Shown: positions 27,952-37,707 of the stretch, piece by piece
Numbering within the stretch: the stretch's first letter is position 1
Layout of the letters: every line of letters begins with the position of its first letter
Origin: an uncultured Methanosarcinales archaeon
Lineage (GTDB): Archaea; Nanobdellota; Nanobdellia; Woesearchaeales; UBA11576
Direction of reading: 5' to 3'
Length of the DNA: 64,000 nucleotides
Assembly (NCBI GenBank): GCA_964572875.1
Contig: CAZNGE010000003.1
Coordinates: forward strand, 12,377 to 76,376
Translations under genes and position numbers: made by a program
The notes under the pieces: model-generated
Told to the model about the DNA's origin: nothing
Databases searched by the model: none
The model's input: only the letters and a program-made list of their open reading frames with translations

Positions 27952-28803
27952 ATGGTGCTCGAAGAGATCTTTGACCAGACAAGGCTGAGGCACAGGCCAT
28001 ACCTCGCGCTTTTCTTCGGATTCGCATTCACTTTCGTCGCGTTCATATTCACATACCTGCTCTTCAGGAGCATGATGTCTGTCGCGATGGTGTTCCTCAT
28101 CGCGCTGTTTCTCGTGCCGACATTCCTCCTGCTCGTCAAGAAGGAGGAGCAGGTCGAGAGGAAGTTCGGACTCAGGCATTTCTTCAGGAACCACAAGGAC
28201 ATATTCGAGGTCTACCTGTTCTCTTTCATCGGTGTCTTCCTCGCATTCGTAGTGCTGGGGCTCGCAGCATACGGCAACGCATCTGCATACGAGAACATAT
28301 TCAGTTTCCAGACGAGGTTCCTTGAATTCCAGCAGGGTGTTGATTCAGGTGTGGTGCAGAGCTTCGTGCAGGTCGATGCCGAACCGAAAGCAGGGCACGT
28401 ACTTGGCCTGTTCACTCATGACCTTGTCGTGCTCATGATCTGCTTCGTCCTCTCATTCTTCTACGGCGCGTCAGCGATGTTCCTCATAATACTCAACGGC
28501 AGCGTGTTCGCCAGCTTCATAGTGCTGGTCATACGGACAATATCCCGGAATGCTGTCCAGGGCGTGCAGGCGTTCTTCTTCTTCCTGATCCATCTACTGC
28601 CTGAGATAAGCGGCTTCCTGATGGCAGCTATAGCAGGAGGAGTAGTGTCAAAGGCATTGCTGCACGAGAAGAAAGGATCGCTTGCTTCACGGAACGTGTT
28701 CAAGGACGCGACAATGCTGATGCTGATAGCGATCGGGCTTATCCTGCTGGGTGCATTGTTAGAGGTCTTTGTTACTGCGAGGCTGTTTCAGGTCTTTTTC
28801 TGA
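27952..28803 (+). CDS. SpoIIM/DUF95-like integral membrane protein
   Basis: Multi-pass membrane protein. FYGASAMFLIILNGSVFASFIV and FFFLIHLLPEISGFLMAAIAGG resemble the stage II sporulation protein M family. Confidence 0.5.
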   Translation: MVLEEIFDQTRLRHRPYLALFFGFAFTFVAFIFTYLLFRSMMSVAMVFLIALFLVPTFLLLVKKEEQVERKFGLRHFFRNHKDIFEVYLFSFIGVFLAFVVLGLAAYGNASAYENIFSFQTRFLEFQQGVDSGVVQSFVQVDAEPKAGHVLGLFTHDLVVLMICFVLSFFYGASAMFLIILNGSVFASFIVLVIRTISRNAVQGVQAFFFFLIHLLPEISGFLMAAIAGGVVSKALLHEKKGSLASRNVFKDATMLMLIAIGLILLGALLEVFVTARLFQVFF

Positions 28804-29255
28804 TCATATACCCTATCATCGATGCTGTTCGTCACGCAGAACCTGTCAAGCCTCTGCATGAGGGGGGTGATGTCATATCCCCTGAAATAGTTCTCTGCTA
28901 TGGCTTTCCTGACCATACCCAGCCTCTTGGCAGGATGCATGCCCGTCATACCGAGGGCTTTCCTCACATATTTGATTGCGTCAGGTCTTGCATCTTTAGA
29001 CCTGAACCATCTATTGCGCCTGTACTTACTATTGTTCTCCAGGAGATCGATAAGGTCCCTGCAGAACCTTGACTTGTATGATCCAAATGCGTGGATTGTC
29101 TCTATGTCCAGCTCTTCACCTGGCAGAGGTGTAGGATCCGGCCTTTCAACAGGCTCTTGCACTGGCCCGTCTCTCTTGGCCATCATCGAGAATGCCTCAA
29201 CGAACAGGTCTTCGCCTTCTTGCTTATCATTAGCCCCCATGTTCATCTGGAGCAT
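28788..29255 (-). CDS. hypothetical protein
   Basis: 155-aa ORF, convergent with the previous gene and overlapping its 3' end by 16 nt. No family recognised. Confidence 0.5.
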   Translation of the reverse strand: MLQMNMGANDKQEGEDLFVEAFSMMAKRDGPVQEPVERPDPTPLPGEELDIETIHAFGSYKSRFCRDLIDLLENNSKYRRNRWFRSKDARPDAIKYVRKALGMTGMHPAKRLGMVRKAIAENYFRGYDITPLMQRLDRFCVTNSIDDRVYDQKKT

Positions 29256-29457
29256 GAAAACTGTTTATAAATCTTTCTTTTTTTACTCACTAAGTGGTAG
29301 TCATTTCCGTAATGTTTTTATATAAGAAATGCATAATAGTTGATGTCCTGTATAAAGAAACTCTGATGATAAGCATGATTCAGATGTGAGGGTACAGGCT
29401 TACAGATGTTGAGAGGGGTCGACAAGGCCCTTTTTTCATTTTTTTCGGAGTTATATC

Positions 29458-29772
29458 ATGAATGGCGCAATAAGGGCTTTAATATTGATAGGAGCTGTGG
29501 CTGCATGCAAGCCTTCTGCTGATGTTGTGAAGCATGATGTGGATTGGAGAGAAGATAGAAACATCAGGGAAATAGTAACCATGCCTCTCAACAAACAGAG
29601 CGACCGGATACCTATTCTCTGCGATTACCTGCTTGGCTTGGACATACCACCTATGCCTATTATACCGGATGACTTTATCGGCTACAGCCCCAGATATCCT
29701 GAAAGATACGCAGGGCAGTCAACAGATCTCGAGATACCTGACTTTCCTGAGGGTTATCCTTTCGAGAGGTAA
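29458..29772 (+). CDS. small putative lipoprotein
   Basis: Signal peptide with Cys (ALILIGAVAACKPS). 104 aa. Confidence 0.5.
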   Translation: MNGAIRALILIGAVAACKPSADVVKHDVDWREDRNIREIVTMPLNKQSDRIPILCDYLLGLDIPPMPIIPDDFIGYSPRYPERYAGQSTDLEIPDFPEGYPFER

Positions 29773-29820
29773 GCCTTGCAGACTGGGAATGATGAATAGT
29801 TCTCTACCAGAAATCAGGAT

Positions 29821-30846
29821 TTATTTATGCTGTTTCTTGTACCTGCCGTGAGGGTGGACATAGCGGTGTATGGGGTGGTCCGGCTGGGAGTATGCAGGGT
29901 GCTTCTTCTCATGCTCATGGCGGATGTTGTGCTCATGGACCTCGATCTTCTGTTTTGGGACGAGCTTCGCGTCTATGCCTTCCCCTACTATGTCAAATCT
30001 CTTCTTCAGCTCTGAGACGTGATGAATACGCTTCTCTATCTTGAGTGTGACCCTGCCGTACCTGCGCAGCTCCTTGCCTAACGTGAACAGGAACACGCAG
30101 GCGATGATCGTGAAGCTGGAGTACTGGTTGGATATGAGAAACAGTGTGAAAACCCTGCCGATGGATGAGTTCAAGACGACATCGATCGCTAGGATGCGGA
30201 TGATGAAGTAATAGATTATCAGGATGAAGGACCCTGAGAACATCGCATTGCCGACCAGCATGGTCTTCCTGGCCTTGTTCTTCTCACCGACGAGCTTTAT
30301 GATCGCTCCTATGACCAGCAGCGCAGCACCGAACAGGAACATCTGGCCGTAGGTGTTCCACACGAAATATCCTGGAGGGATGCCAGGGCTGATGAACGAG
30401 TATTTCGCGAGATATTCCTTTACCTTCACAGCGTTCCACACCTGCAATGCGATTATGATCATGAAGCCTACGACTGCAGGGGTCTCGATGTTCTTTCCGA
30501 TGTCAATCATGAACTTGCCTTTTGTCTTGACAGTCAGCGCCTTCAGTCCTACGCCCAGCAATGTGAGGCAGATAGCGATTATCAGGGTGGTCCAGAAGTC
30601 GAACTGGCCGAACAGGTACTTGAAAGGGAACGTCGCCGTAAGCGCAGAGAGCATCCTTGTCACTTCAGCAGAAGCGACAGAGTGCGATGCTCCCGCAGCA
30701 TCCCTTATGATGCCGAGCCAGGCCCATTTCATGTTGAAATAGTTGATGCCTGCGACAACGAGAAGAAAAGCGATGCCTGCCATCATCGTCTCGTTGATGA
30801 ACTCCTCTGCGATGCGGGTCGAGAGAGACTTCTTAGGCGCTGCCAT
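29821..30846 (-). CDS. multi-pass membrane protein with His-rich C-terminal tail
   Basis: At least six hydrophobic segments. The C-terminus is HEHNIRHEHEKKHPAYSQPDHPIHRYVHPHGRYKKQHK. Confidence 0.65.
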   Translation of the reverse strand: MAAPKKSLSTRIAEEFINETMMAGIAFLLVVAGINYFNMKWAWLGIIRDAAGASHSVASAEVTRMLSALTATFPFKYLFGQFDFWTTLIIAICLTLLGVGLKALTVKTKGKFMIDIGKNIETPAVVGFMIIIALQVWNAVKVKEYLAKYSFISPGIPPGYFVWNTYGQMFLFGAALLVIGAIIKLVGEKNKARKTMLVGNAMFSGSFILIIYYFIIRILAIDVVLNSSIGRVFTLFLISNQYSSFTIIACVFLFTLGKELRRYGRVTLKIEKRIHHVSELKKRFDIVGEGIDAKLVPKQKIEVHEHNIRHEHEKKHPAYSQPDHPIHRYVHPHGRYKKQHK

Positions 30847-30979
30847 GGGGCAGAAATTGGCCCAGGGGTTTATAAATGTTTTTTACTTTTTCAGGGTGGG
30901 ATCGCCTATTAATAAATGTTTGATAAGATTTATTAATCAAGAACACCTTACTTTTTGACATTAACAGGGGGTTGAGAGA

Positions 30980-31540
30980 ATGCTGGAGAACAACAGATAT
31001 TTTGTCATACAGGACAATGAGTACCAGCTGATGAGCCTGTTTGACCTGGTCAGGCTTCAGCACAGACAAGAGCCAAGGCCCACGGTATGGTCTGCAAGGC
31101 TAAGCACAGGACTTCTGGGATATACGGACTGCAAGTCAGGCAACAAAGGACCTAAGAACTATTCAGAGGTATTACTTGCCGTGGGTGATGACGGACTGCG
31201 CAGGCTTGTTGAGCTGGGCTTCATAACGTGCCCTGTGTGCAGGCCTGAACAGGAACAAGGATTCTGGGATGCCGTCGGAGAGACTGTAGAGCAGACATAT
31301 GGCATCGACTCACTCGAGGGGTTCGTAAACAAGGAAGTGTTGCCTTTCGATGCACGGCGCGTAAACTGGTCGGTGCTTATGCCCATAATAGGAAAAGCTC
31401 CCAACAGGCTGTATATACCGAAGGGACTTAGCAAGCCAGATGTGCTGGATTTCAGGAGATTCTTCAAGAACACAGGCGTCGTTCCACCGCCAATAGGATG
31501 GTATGATCCTGATGTCAAGGAAGGTTTCACCGAATACTGA
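30980..31540 (+). CDS. hypothetical protein with Ada-like CxxC motif
   Basis: 186 aa. LVELGFITCPVCRPE resembles the end of Ada-type metal-binding domains. Otherwise unrecognised. Confidence 0.55.
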   Translation: MLENNRYFVIQDNEYQLMSLFDLVRLQHRQEPRPTVWSARLSTGLLGYTDCKSGNKGPKNYSEVLLAVGDDGLRRLVELGFITCPVCRPEQEQGFWDAVGETVEQTYGIDSLEGFVNKEVLPFDARRVNWSVLMPIIGKAPNRLYIPKGLSKPDVLDFRRFFKNTGVVPPPIGWYDPDVKEGFTEY

Positions 31541-31579
31541 ACATGTGCTGCATGAGAAGAACAAGATAATCCCGGAATA

Positions 31580-31590
31580 GATTTAAATAC
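31580..31590 (+). promoter_or_regulatory. TATA box (near-leaderless transcript)
   Basis: GATTTAAATAC ends 21 nt before the ATG at 31612. Confidence 0.55.
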
Positions 31591-31611
31591 GACTTATGCA
31601 CCCTCTGCGAC

Positions 31612-33060
31612 ATGAATAAATGCCTGCTCCTGATATTCCTGTTCTCATTGGCAGTATTTGTCGTTCTTGCCGGTGGATGCACCAGCCCGCAGGAAAGATT
31701 CGATAGGCAGCTCGATCAGGCCATCGGCGAAGAGTTCAGCTATTCCTCTTTCTACAATGAGGGATTCTCAGCATCATATCCGGTCTGGCCCAAGACTTCT
31801 GATGATACCGGAAGTGTGGAGCTGAGCGTGAGCAGGGGATACTGCAGCGTCACGATAAACTCAGAGAGACTTGCAGCAGAACAATGGTTTGGGATGTTCA
31901 TGGATTCAGTGCAAAAGCAGAACGGGACCATAATCGAATCAGACGATGAAGAGCATCACATAAAGTTCTCCCTGCCATACCAGAACCTCACGCTGGTGTC
32001 GGACAACAGGATATATTACTGCAACGGGAACGCAATCGCAATCACCATCACGTGCATAGAGCAGGCAGAGGAGAAGATGCGGGGGCTGCACGATGAAGTG
32101 TTCGGGTCTGCAACGTGCGAAGAGAAGGAAGAGCCTGCTGTTGAAGAGCCTGTCCCTCAAGAGCCAGCCGAAGAGGAGACAGAGTATGACACGCTTGTCG
32201 ATGGAGACTTCTCTGTCGAGTATCCTGAATGGACAGAGCTGCAGGACGAGGCTGAACAGAGGGTATTGGGAGTCAGCAAAGGGGTATGCTCTGTCATCGT
32301 GGACAAGCACAATGCGCTTCCAAAGGACATATATGATTGGATTAAAAAGGCCATAGAGGACAATGACGAGCAAGACCTCCTGGGATCATCTGCTGACAAT
32401 GACTTCTTCAATATCGATTACAGGCTGCTCTTCGAGGGAAAGCCTGTGACTGCAAAGACCAGGATACTCTACTGCAACTATCAGAGCTATATCGTGCAGG
32501 TGCTGTGCGTCGATGAGCTGATGTCTGAAGAATATGAGGTGGTGCGCGATACTGTGCTGGACAGCGCCTCCTGCGCCAGGACATACGAGATCCCCACGCA
32601 TGAAGCGATCGAGGAGAAGAAAGAGGAGATAACAGAGGAAGAGCCGGAAGTGATAGACGAGATAAAGGACGAGATAGTCAGGACCCATGCAGGCGATGAG
32701 TTCGGCATAGACGAGGAGATGGTCGTATATTTCATCAACAACAACGCCTTTTTCGGGAGGATAATGCGGGACTTCCCAAAAGGGAATCTTGTGATCGAGG
32801 ACAAGGATAATGACCGCGAGCTGAGACTAAGGGCCAATATCGATGATGACGGCAAGATAACCCTGCTCGAAGACGGGAACTATGATGATGCTGACGTGAC
32901 ATTGATAATCCCTCTCCGCGACGCCCTGAACATATTCAGCAATGCACAGAACATAAACCCGCTCACTTTACTGGGCTTTGCAGTCAATGTGAGGACAGAC
33001 CCTCCCGATATCAAGAATGAAGTGATCCAAAAAGCACTCAGAGGTGAGTATAATGATTGA
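31612..33060 (+). CDS. putative lipoprotein, hypothetical
   Basis: Signal peptide with lipobox-like FVVLAGGCTS. 482 aa with acidic linkers. No family recognised. Confidence 0.65.
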   Translation: MNKCLLLIFLFSLAVFVVLAGGCTSPQERFDRQLDQAIGEEFSYSSFYNEGFSASYPVWPKTSDDTGSVELSVSRGYCSVTINSERLAAEQWFGMFMDSVQKQNGTIIESDDEEHHIKFSLPYQNLTLVSDNRIYYCNGNAIAITITCIEQAEEKMRGLHDEVFGSATCEEKEEPAVEEPVPQEPAEEETEYDTLVDGDFSVEYPEWTELQDEAEQRVLGVSKGVCSVIVDKHNALPKDIYDWIKKAIEDNDEQDLLGSSADNDFFNIDYRLLFEGKPVTAKTRILYCNYQSYIVQVLCVDELMSEEYEVVRDTVLDSASCARTYEIPTHEAIEEKKEEITEEEPEVIDEIKDEIVRTHAGDEFGIDEEMVVYFINNNAFFGRIMRDFPKGNLVIEDKDNDRELRLRANIDDDGKITLLEDGNYDDADVTLIIPLRDALNIFSNAQNINPLTLLGFAVNVRTDPPDIKNEVIQKALRGEYND

Positions 33061-33487
33061 AAAGAAAAAAATACGCATGTTGAGCATCATATTCTGGGCA
33101 ATGAGCGCGATATTTGTCTTTATCATGTTCTTTTTGTTTGTTCCTGCGCCGGACCGTGTCAAGCAGGTGCTGTTCCCTGTCGCAGCAGTCCTGGGACTGG
33201 TATGGCTTCTGCTCGGCATAGTGCTGATAGTGCTTGCATCCAAGTCAAGACTGGAGAAGAAGCATAAGGTCTTCCTGATCCTGATGGGCGCTTCAGCAGT
33301 CGGCGTCCCCGCGTTCGCCGTACTCCACAACCTTGTCTATGGACTGATGATAATCCTGTTCGGCGAGGGGTTCTGGGCAGGAGGTGATGAGGCAGTGTTG
33401 TTCATACTTGCAGTGCTGGTCTGCCCGGTAATTTTCATCGTCGGCGCTGCGGGAAGCTTTGTGATGTGGAAGAAGATGAGGAAATAA
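33053..33487 (+). CDS. integral membrane protein
   Basis: ATG at 33053 after GAGGTG, overlapping the upstream stop by 8 nt. Four hydrophobic helices. Confidence 0.6.
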   Translation: MIEKKKIRMLSIIFWAMSAIFVFIMFFLFVPAPDRVKQVLFPVAAVLGLVWLLLGIVLIVLASKSRLEKKHKVFLILMGASAVGVPAFAVLHNLVYGLMIILFGEGFWAGGDEAVLFILAVLVCPVIFIVGAAGSFVMWKKMRK

Positions 33488-33617
33488 TTATAGAGTGCCC
33501 GCGGATATCAAATAATCATAAATGGGTTGGAAGGGACGCAATCCCGTCCCAATAAGAACCTGGAAATGTGCTGACGGAAATAGAAAAACGGAAGCTGATG
33601 GTATGAGTTGGATCGGC

Positions 33618-33851
33618 CTATACAACCAATTTCTCAACAAGGCCTTGTCCGTTTCCTGTGGCCACAGTCATTGCCGATACTGATGTCGCGAGCAGGTGGA
33701 ATCCCGGATCGTACCAGCGTATGGCAAGCATGACTGCAAGCCAGATTGCCGCGAGAGATGCGAGAAGGAGGAATGCTTTCGCTATGTGCTTCAGTGAAGG
33801 ATGCCACCCGCATGACATATCGCTGATTATTGTCTGTATTGTTTGCTGCAT
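33618..33851 (-). CDS. possible small membrane protein (weak)
   Basis: The frame is open from 33905, but the first 18 codons cover an 11-bp hairpin. From ATG at 33851 it encodes 77 aa with one clear hydrophobic helix (FLLLASLAAIWLAVMLAI). Confidence 0.3.
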   Translation of the reverse strand: MQQTIQTIISDMSCGWHPSLKHIAKAFLLLASLAAIWLAVMLAIRWYDPGFHLLATSVSAMTVATGNGQGLVEKLVV

Positions 33852-34190
33852 ATTAAAGAAAAGGAATCTGCTTGCGCAAAGAGGCGTCTGCGCAAGCAGG
33901 TCCAAACCACCCCCAAAGAGAACATTATTGGTGTAGGAAGCACCACAACTCGTCTTCGGTTGCTTCTCGTTTGACCTGATATTCCATTAGTGTAACTTCT
34001 ATATAAATGTTCCGATTTTTCCCTCACTTCCCTAGTTTCCGTTACTCGAATTCAGTACTTTTGGGTCTTTATGATGGCGTTTTCAGGTTCCGAAAAAAGC
34101 ACGTTTTTCGATTCCATTTATAAAGAGAAACCGGGTTGAGTATAGAAATATGGGAACTAATATTGCATGTGTAACAAAAAGAAAATGATT

Positions 34191-34484
34191 TCAGCAGCGG
34201 GTCACGACATAGCCCGCAGTCTTCAGGCCGCTCTCAATGCTGGCTGCCTGCGTATCGTCGCAGCATGCGCATTTCATCACTTCAGCACGGGTGCTGTGCC
34301 TGCTCATGCGTGCGACAGGCTTCTCTCCGCCGTTGTAGAACTCTATGCACCTGTCGTCGATCGTCGTCTTCAGCTTCGCCCTGCCGAGCAGGTTGCATAT
34401 GCCTTCGTATTCATTCCTTGAGACGCTGAGCCTTGCCCTCTGTCTCCTTATCTGGCTCAGATTCATGTAATTAACACCACTCAT
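34191..34484 (-). CDS. hypothetical Cys-containing protein downstream of rps7
   Basis: ATG at 34484 after GAGAGGTGG. 97 aa with a C-terminal CACCDD...C. No family recognised. Confidence 0.5.
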   Translation of the reverse strand: MSGVNYMNLSQIRRQRARLSVSRNEYEGICNLLGRAKLKTTIDDRCIEFYNGGEKPVARMSRHSTRAEVMKCACCDDTQAASIESGLKTAGYVVTRC

Positions 34485-34525
34485 GGTAACCACCTCTCGA
34501 GAACAAACAGAATGTTGGCCTCGCT

Positions 34526-35128
34526 TTAACGTGAACTGTCTGCCTGCCTCTCCATCTCCATCTTCTTGGCGATGGCGCCTGACTGGGCAGAAAGCTGGAA
34601 AGCGGCTATGATCTCTTCAGCGAGGGCGTTGACTATGCTCTTCCTTGAGTTGAATGATTTCTGGTATGCTGTCTGTGTCATCTGCTTCAAAGCATGGTCG
34701 ACCCTCCTCTGGGGAGCGACCTCGACTGCCTTCGGGTATTTCGCACCGCCGTACTCTATAGTGAGGATCTCCTCACGCGGAGCGGCGTTCTCGACAGCCT
34801 TCACGACGACAGCTATGGGGTTCTGCTTGGTCCTGTTCTCTATCAGCTGGAGGACCTTCTCCATCACAGTATAGGCTGTCTGACCTTTACCAGTAAGGAG
34901 TCCGGAGCTTATCCTGTGCTTCTTGGACCTGTGACCCGCGTTCATGATGCGGTTCATGAGCCTTTCGATTATGAATACATTTGACTTGTGGAACCTGAAC
35001 TTCGCGCTCTTGCCCCCTGTCTTAGGGACTATCTTCGGCTCAAGGCATATGTAATCCTTAAGTCCAGGATCAAGAATAGTTATACCGTCTGTGCTCCACC
35101 TGTTGAATACCTTGATTGACATCTTCAC
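34526..35128 (-). CDS. rps7: 30S ribosomal protein S7 (uS7)
   Basis: The length and sequence fit archaeal uS7 ([10 protein letters not shown]...[18 protein letters not shown]...[18 protein letters not shown]...[15 protein letters not shown]). It overlaps the rps12 stop by 4 nt. Confidence 0.92.
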   Translation of the reverse strand: MKMSIKVFNRWSTDGITILDPGLKDYICLEPKIVPKTGGKSAKFRFHKSNVFIIERLMNRIMNAGHRSKKHRISSGLLTGKGQTAYTVMEKVLQLIENRTKQNPIAVVVKAVENAAPREEILTIEYGGAKYPKAVEVAPQRRVDHALKQMTQTAYQKSFNSRKSIVNALAEEIIAAFQLSAQSGAIAKKMEMERQADSSR

Positions 35129-35562
35129 TTCCTTGCTTTCTCGAGCTTGCCCCTGAGCAATGCATTCAATGACTGGTCATTCACCTTCAGGACCTGCCAC
35201 CTCACTCCCGGTATGTCTCCTTTTGATCTTCCCATGTTGCCGCCGATGCATTCAACCAAGACCTCATCGTGCTCATCGACGAGCTTTGTTGCGCCATCTC
35301 CAGGAAGGAAAGCCGTTATCTGCTTCCCGTTCTTGATCAGCTGTACCCTGACACACTTCCTCATGGCAGAGTTGGGCTGCTTAGCCTCTAACTGGACCTT
35401 CTCCAAAACAATGCCTTTGGCCTGGCTCGCCCCTACGAGCGGGTCAGACTTCTTTTTAAGGTCCATGGCCCTTTTTACGAACCATTTATCGCTCCATCTA
35501 GATTTAGCGCGTCTTTTTGCGCATTTGGCGCCTGCATGTATACCATTTGACTTGCTACCCAT
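35125..35562 (-). CDS. rps12: 30S ribosomal protein S12 (uS12)
   Basis: [30 protein letters not shown]...[19 protein letters not shown] is the uS12 signature. A minus-strand TATA (CTTTATATAGG) lies about 25 nt upstream. Confidence 0.95.
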   Translation of the reverse strand: MGSKSNGIHAGAKCAKRRAKSRWSDKWFVKRAMDLKKKSDPLVGASQAKGIVLEKVQLEAKQPNSAMRKCVRVQLIKNGKQITAFLPGDGATKLVDEHDEVLVECIGGNMGRSKGDIPGVRWQVLKVNDQSLNALLRGKLEKARK

Positions 35563-35726
35563 GATGCTTCGGAAAAACAGGGCCTATATAAAGCTTATGG
35601 TGGGTCGCCAGAAGGGCGCATAAGGCGGAATTCGGCGTTTTCAGTGTTTCAGTCATCTTATGTTCTGAGGATCCTCAAGCAGAGCCCGAGCCAAGCGCCT
35701 GCCACTAATCCTATGACATCACCGGC

Positions 35727-37367
35727 CTATCCGCTCTTACCAAGCAACTCTCTGAGCGCAGACAATGCCTCCTTGTTCACGAGGACCATGTCGACGCCCC
35801 GGTAATTGATTGTCATTCTGTCCTTTATGTCGCAGAATGACACGAGCTCCTCGATGCGCTCCCTGCAGGTGTCCACTGCTATGGTGCCTGAGTCAGGCAG
35901 TATCTTCTCCAGCATCTGTCGAAGAAGCCCGCCTCTGAAGAGCCACACGCTCATGTTCTGCTTGTTCTCGTCATAGAATGATTCGAGCTGTCCTTCTTCA
36001 GGCGTTTTACTGCCCTCGAGACAGCCAAATGAGCTGCCCTGCCCTAAATCTATTATCATGTTTCTCGTGCCGACGTGCTTGTACTTCCAGTTCCTGTCCT
36101 TCCTCTTCTCAGGCTCTTCCTCCTTGCCGATGTACAGGAGCATCCGGTGTTGGGGTCCTGGGGATGAGCATAGGTTCCTGAAATTCCGGACAAAATGCTG
36201 CTTCAGCCCGATCCTCATAGGCTCAAGGGCCTTGTCATTGAGAGAACCTTCAAAGTCGAGCCCTATGCTCTCCTTTATCCCGCGCCACACCTGATACTCG
36301 TAATATATGCTGAATATCTGCTGGTTTTCCTGCCGTATGCTCTCGATGCTGCCAAGCCAGTTCATGAGCTCATCGGAGATGCCCCCTTTCTCTTTCACCT
36401 GCCTTGTTATGCTCTCGACCTGTTTGGAGAACATGACCTGATCCGAGGTCTCTGCGAAGATGATCGCCTTCTCTATCTTCTGTTCGGGAGTGAGGTCCTC
36501 GTCGGGAAACAGGAGTCTGCACTCCTTCTGCTTCTTCTCTGCCATCAGCCGATAGATGTCGCGATTTGCAGTGAATATGTAGTCGATGCAGTCCTTTGTG
36601 AACTTGCTCCCATGGCCCATGAGCTTCAGCTCCCTGCTGCCGATCGTAATCATGTTGTCAAGCAGGGCCTGCTCGTCGAACTGGGCTTTCTGGATGAGCT
36701 TTCCAGCAAGCCATTCCGTCGTCAAAAGACCTATCCTGCAGCTGTCAGGCAGGTGCTCAACCGCCTCTGCGATGGTGCTGAACCTCGGGTTCTTACGTCC
36801 CTCGCTACGGCTTGTCTCGAATAGGCGCTTCATCCCTGCCCCGCGGTCAGCTGTCTGCTTCATCATGTCAATATATGCCTTCTCTGTAAAATAAGCAAGA
36901 TTGTAGTTACTGTCCCTGTCCTGCGTGAGGAAATAGATATAGTCGCAGTTACCTTCAATGAACTGGTCATAGTATGCAAGAAGGCCGTCGACTACCTTCT
37001 TGTTCAGCTCGGCTTCAAGCAGGCTCTTGACAGATATCGCAGGCGCGGAATACTCTGAATCGACAACATCCTGCTGCCTATCCATCTCTGAATGGTACAG
37101 CTGCCCGTCTTTCTCGACAAAGTCATGGACGAACATGGTGCCTGGCTTCTCAAGGCATAGTGTCAGATGCTCCTCATACCTAGTGCCTCTACCTTCAGCC
37201 AGCTCCTCTCTCTCGACCTGGTGATATGTCATTTCCACACTTTCCCTCGTGACCAGGGTGAGATGGTTCCTTTCTTCATCACTCATGAGGCTCTCGAGCG
37301 ATACGGGCTTGAGCGCCCGGCTTACCCATGTCTCGTAGAAGTCTATGAGCAGGGGAGTCTTAATCAT
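35727..37367 (-). CDS. hypothetical protein (546 aa)
   Basis: Long ORF whose start overlaps the stop of the upstream small ORF by 8 nt. No family recognised. Confidence 0.7.
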   Translation of the reverse strand: MIKTPLLIDFYETWVSRALKPVSLESLMSDEERNHLTLVTRESVEMTYHQVEREELAEGRGTRYEEHLTLCLEKPGTMFVHDFVEKDGQLYHSEMDRQQDVVDSEYSAPAISVKSLLEAELNKKVVDGLLAYYDQFIEGNCDYIYFLTQDRDSNYNLAYFTEKAYIDMMKQTADRGAGMKRLFETSRSEGRKNPRFSTIAEAVEHLPDSCRIGLLTTEWLAGKLIQKAQFDEQALLDNMITIGSRELKLMGHGSKFTKDCIDYIFTANRDIYRLMAEKKQKECRLLFPDEDLTPEQKIEKAIIFAETSDQVMFSKQVESITRQVKEKGGISDELMNWLGSIESIRQENQQIFSIYYEYQVWRGIKESIGLDFEGSLNDKALEPMRIGLKQHFVRNFRNLCSSPGPQHRMLLYIGKEEEPEKRKDRNWKYKHVGTRNMIIDLGQGSSFGCLEGSKTPEEGQLESFYDENKQNMSVWLFRGGLLRQMLEKILPDSGTIAVDTCRERIEELVSFCDIKDRMTINYRGVDMVLVNKEALSALRELLGKSG

Positions 37368-37548
37368 CGTTCAGCACCTCCTCTGGAGAAATGATGCCCT
37401 CTGGCCTCTTGATCACCTCAATCGTGACCTTGACAGTGGTCCTGGGCTGGAGCTGGTCCCTGAGCACGCTGGGTATGACTATGATAGAATTCCTGCCATG
37501 CTTCGCTATGTTCTTTGTTATGGTGTACTCTTCGCCCAAAAGATACAT
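37360..37548 (-). CDS. small AbrB/SpoVT-like protein (tentative)
   Basis: From ATG at 37548 it encodes 62 aa. GRNSIIVIPSVLRDQLQPRTTVKVTIEVI resembles the swapped-hairpin AbrB/MazE motif (x-I-P-x-x-I/L-R-x-x-L...V-x-I). Confidence 0.35.
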   Translation of the reverse strand: MYLLGEEYTITKNIAKHGRNSIIVIPSVLRDQLQPRTTVKVTIEVIKRPEGIISPEEVLNDD

Positions 37549-37707
37549 CCCCCATACATGTTCATCACAACAGATATTCAATAAATATAGCTTTTGGCTA
37601 TTTAAAATTAACCATTTTTGCTATTCTTTGGTGGTGAAGAACCGAAATATTTATAATCTGGCAGCTGCTCGACATCAATGTTTTTTCAACATTTCAGGGG
37701 GGAGACA

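Noticed and set aside
29363-29419. C/D-box-sRNA-like string CTGATGA-(11 nt)-CAGA and an imperfect direct repeat CAGATGTGAGGGT / CAGATGTTGAGAGGGGT in the leader of the 29458 gene
   Set aside because: There is no proper CUGA D box, no C' box and no terminal stem. The direct repeat is short and imperfect. It may be a regulatory site, but the evidence is too thin.
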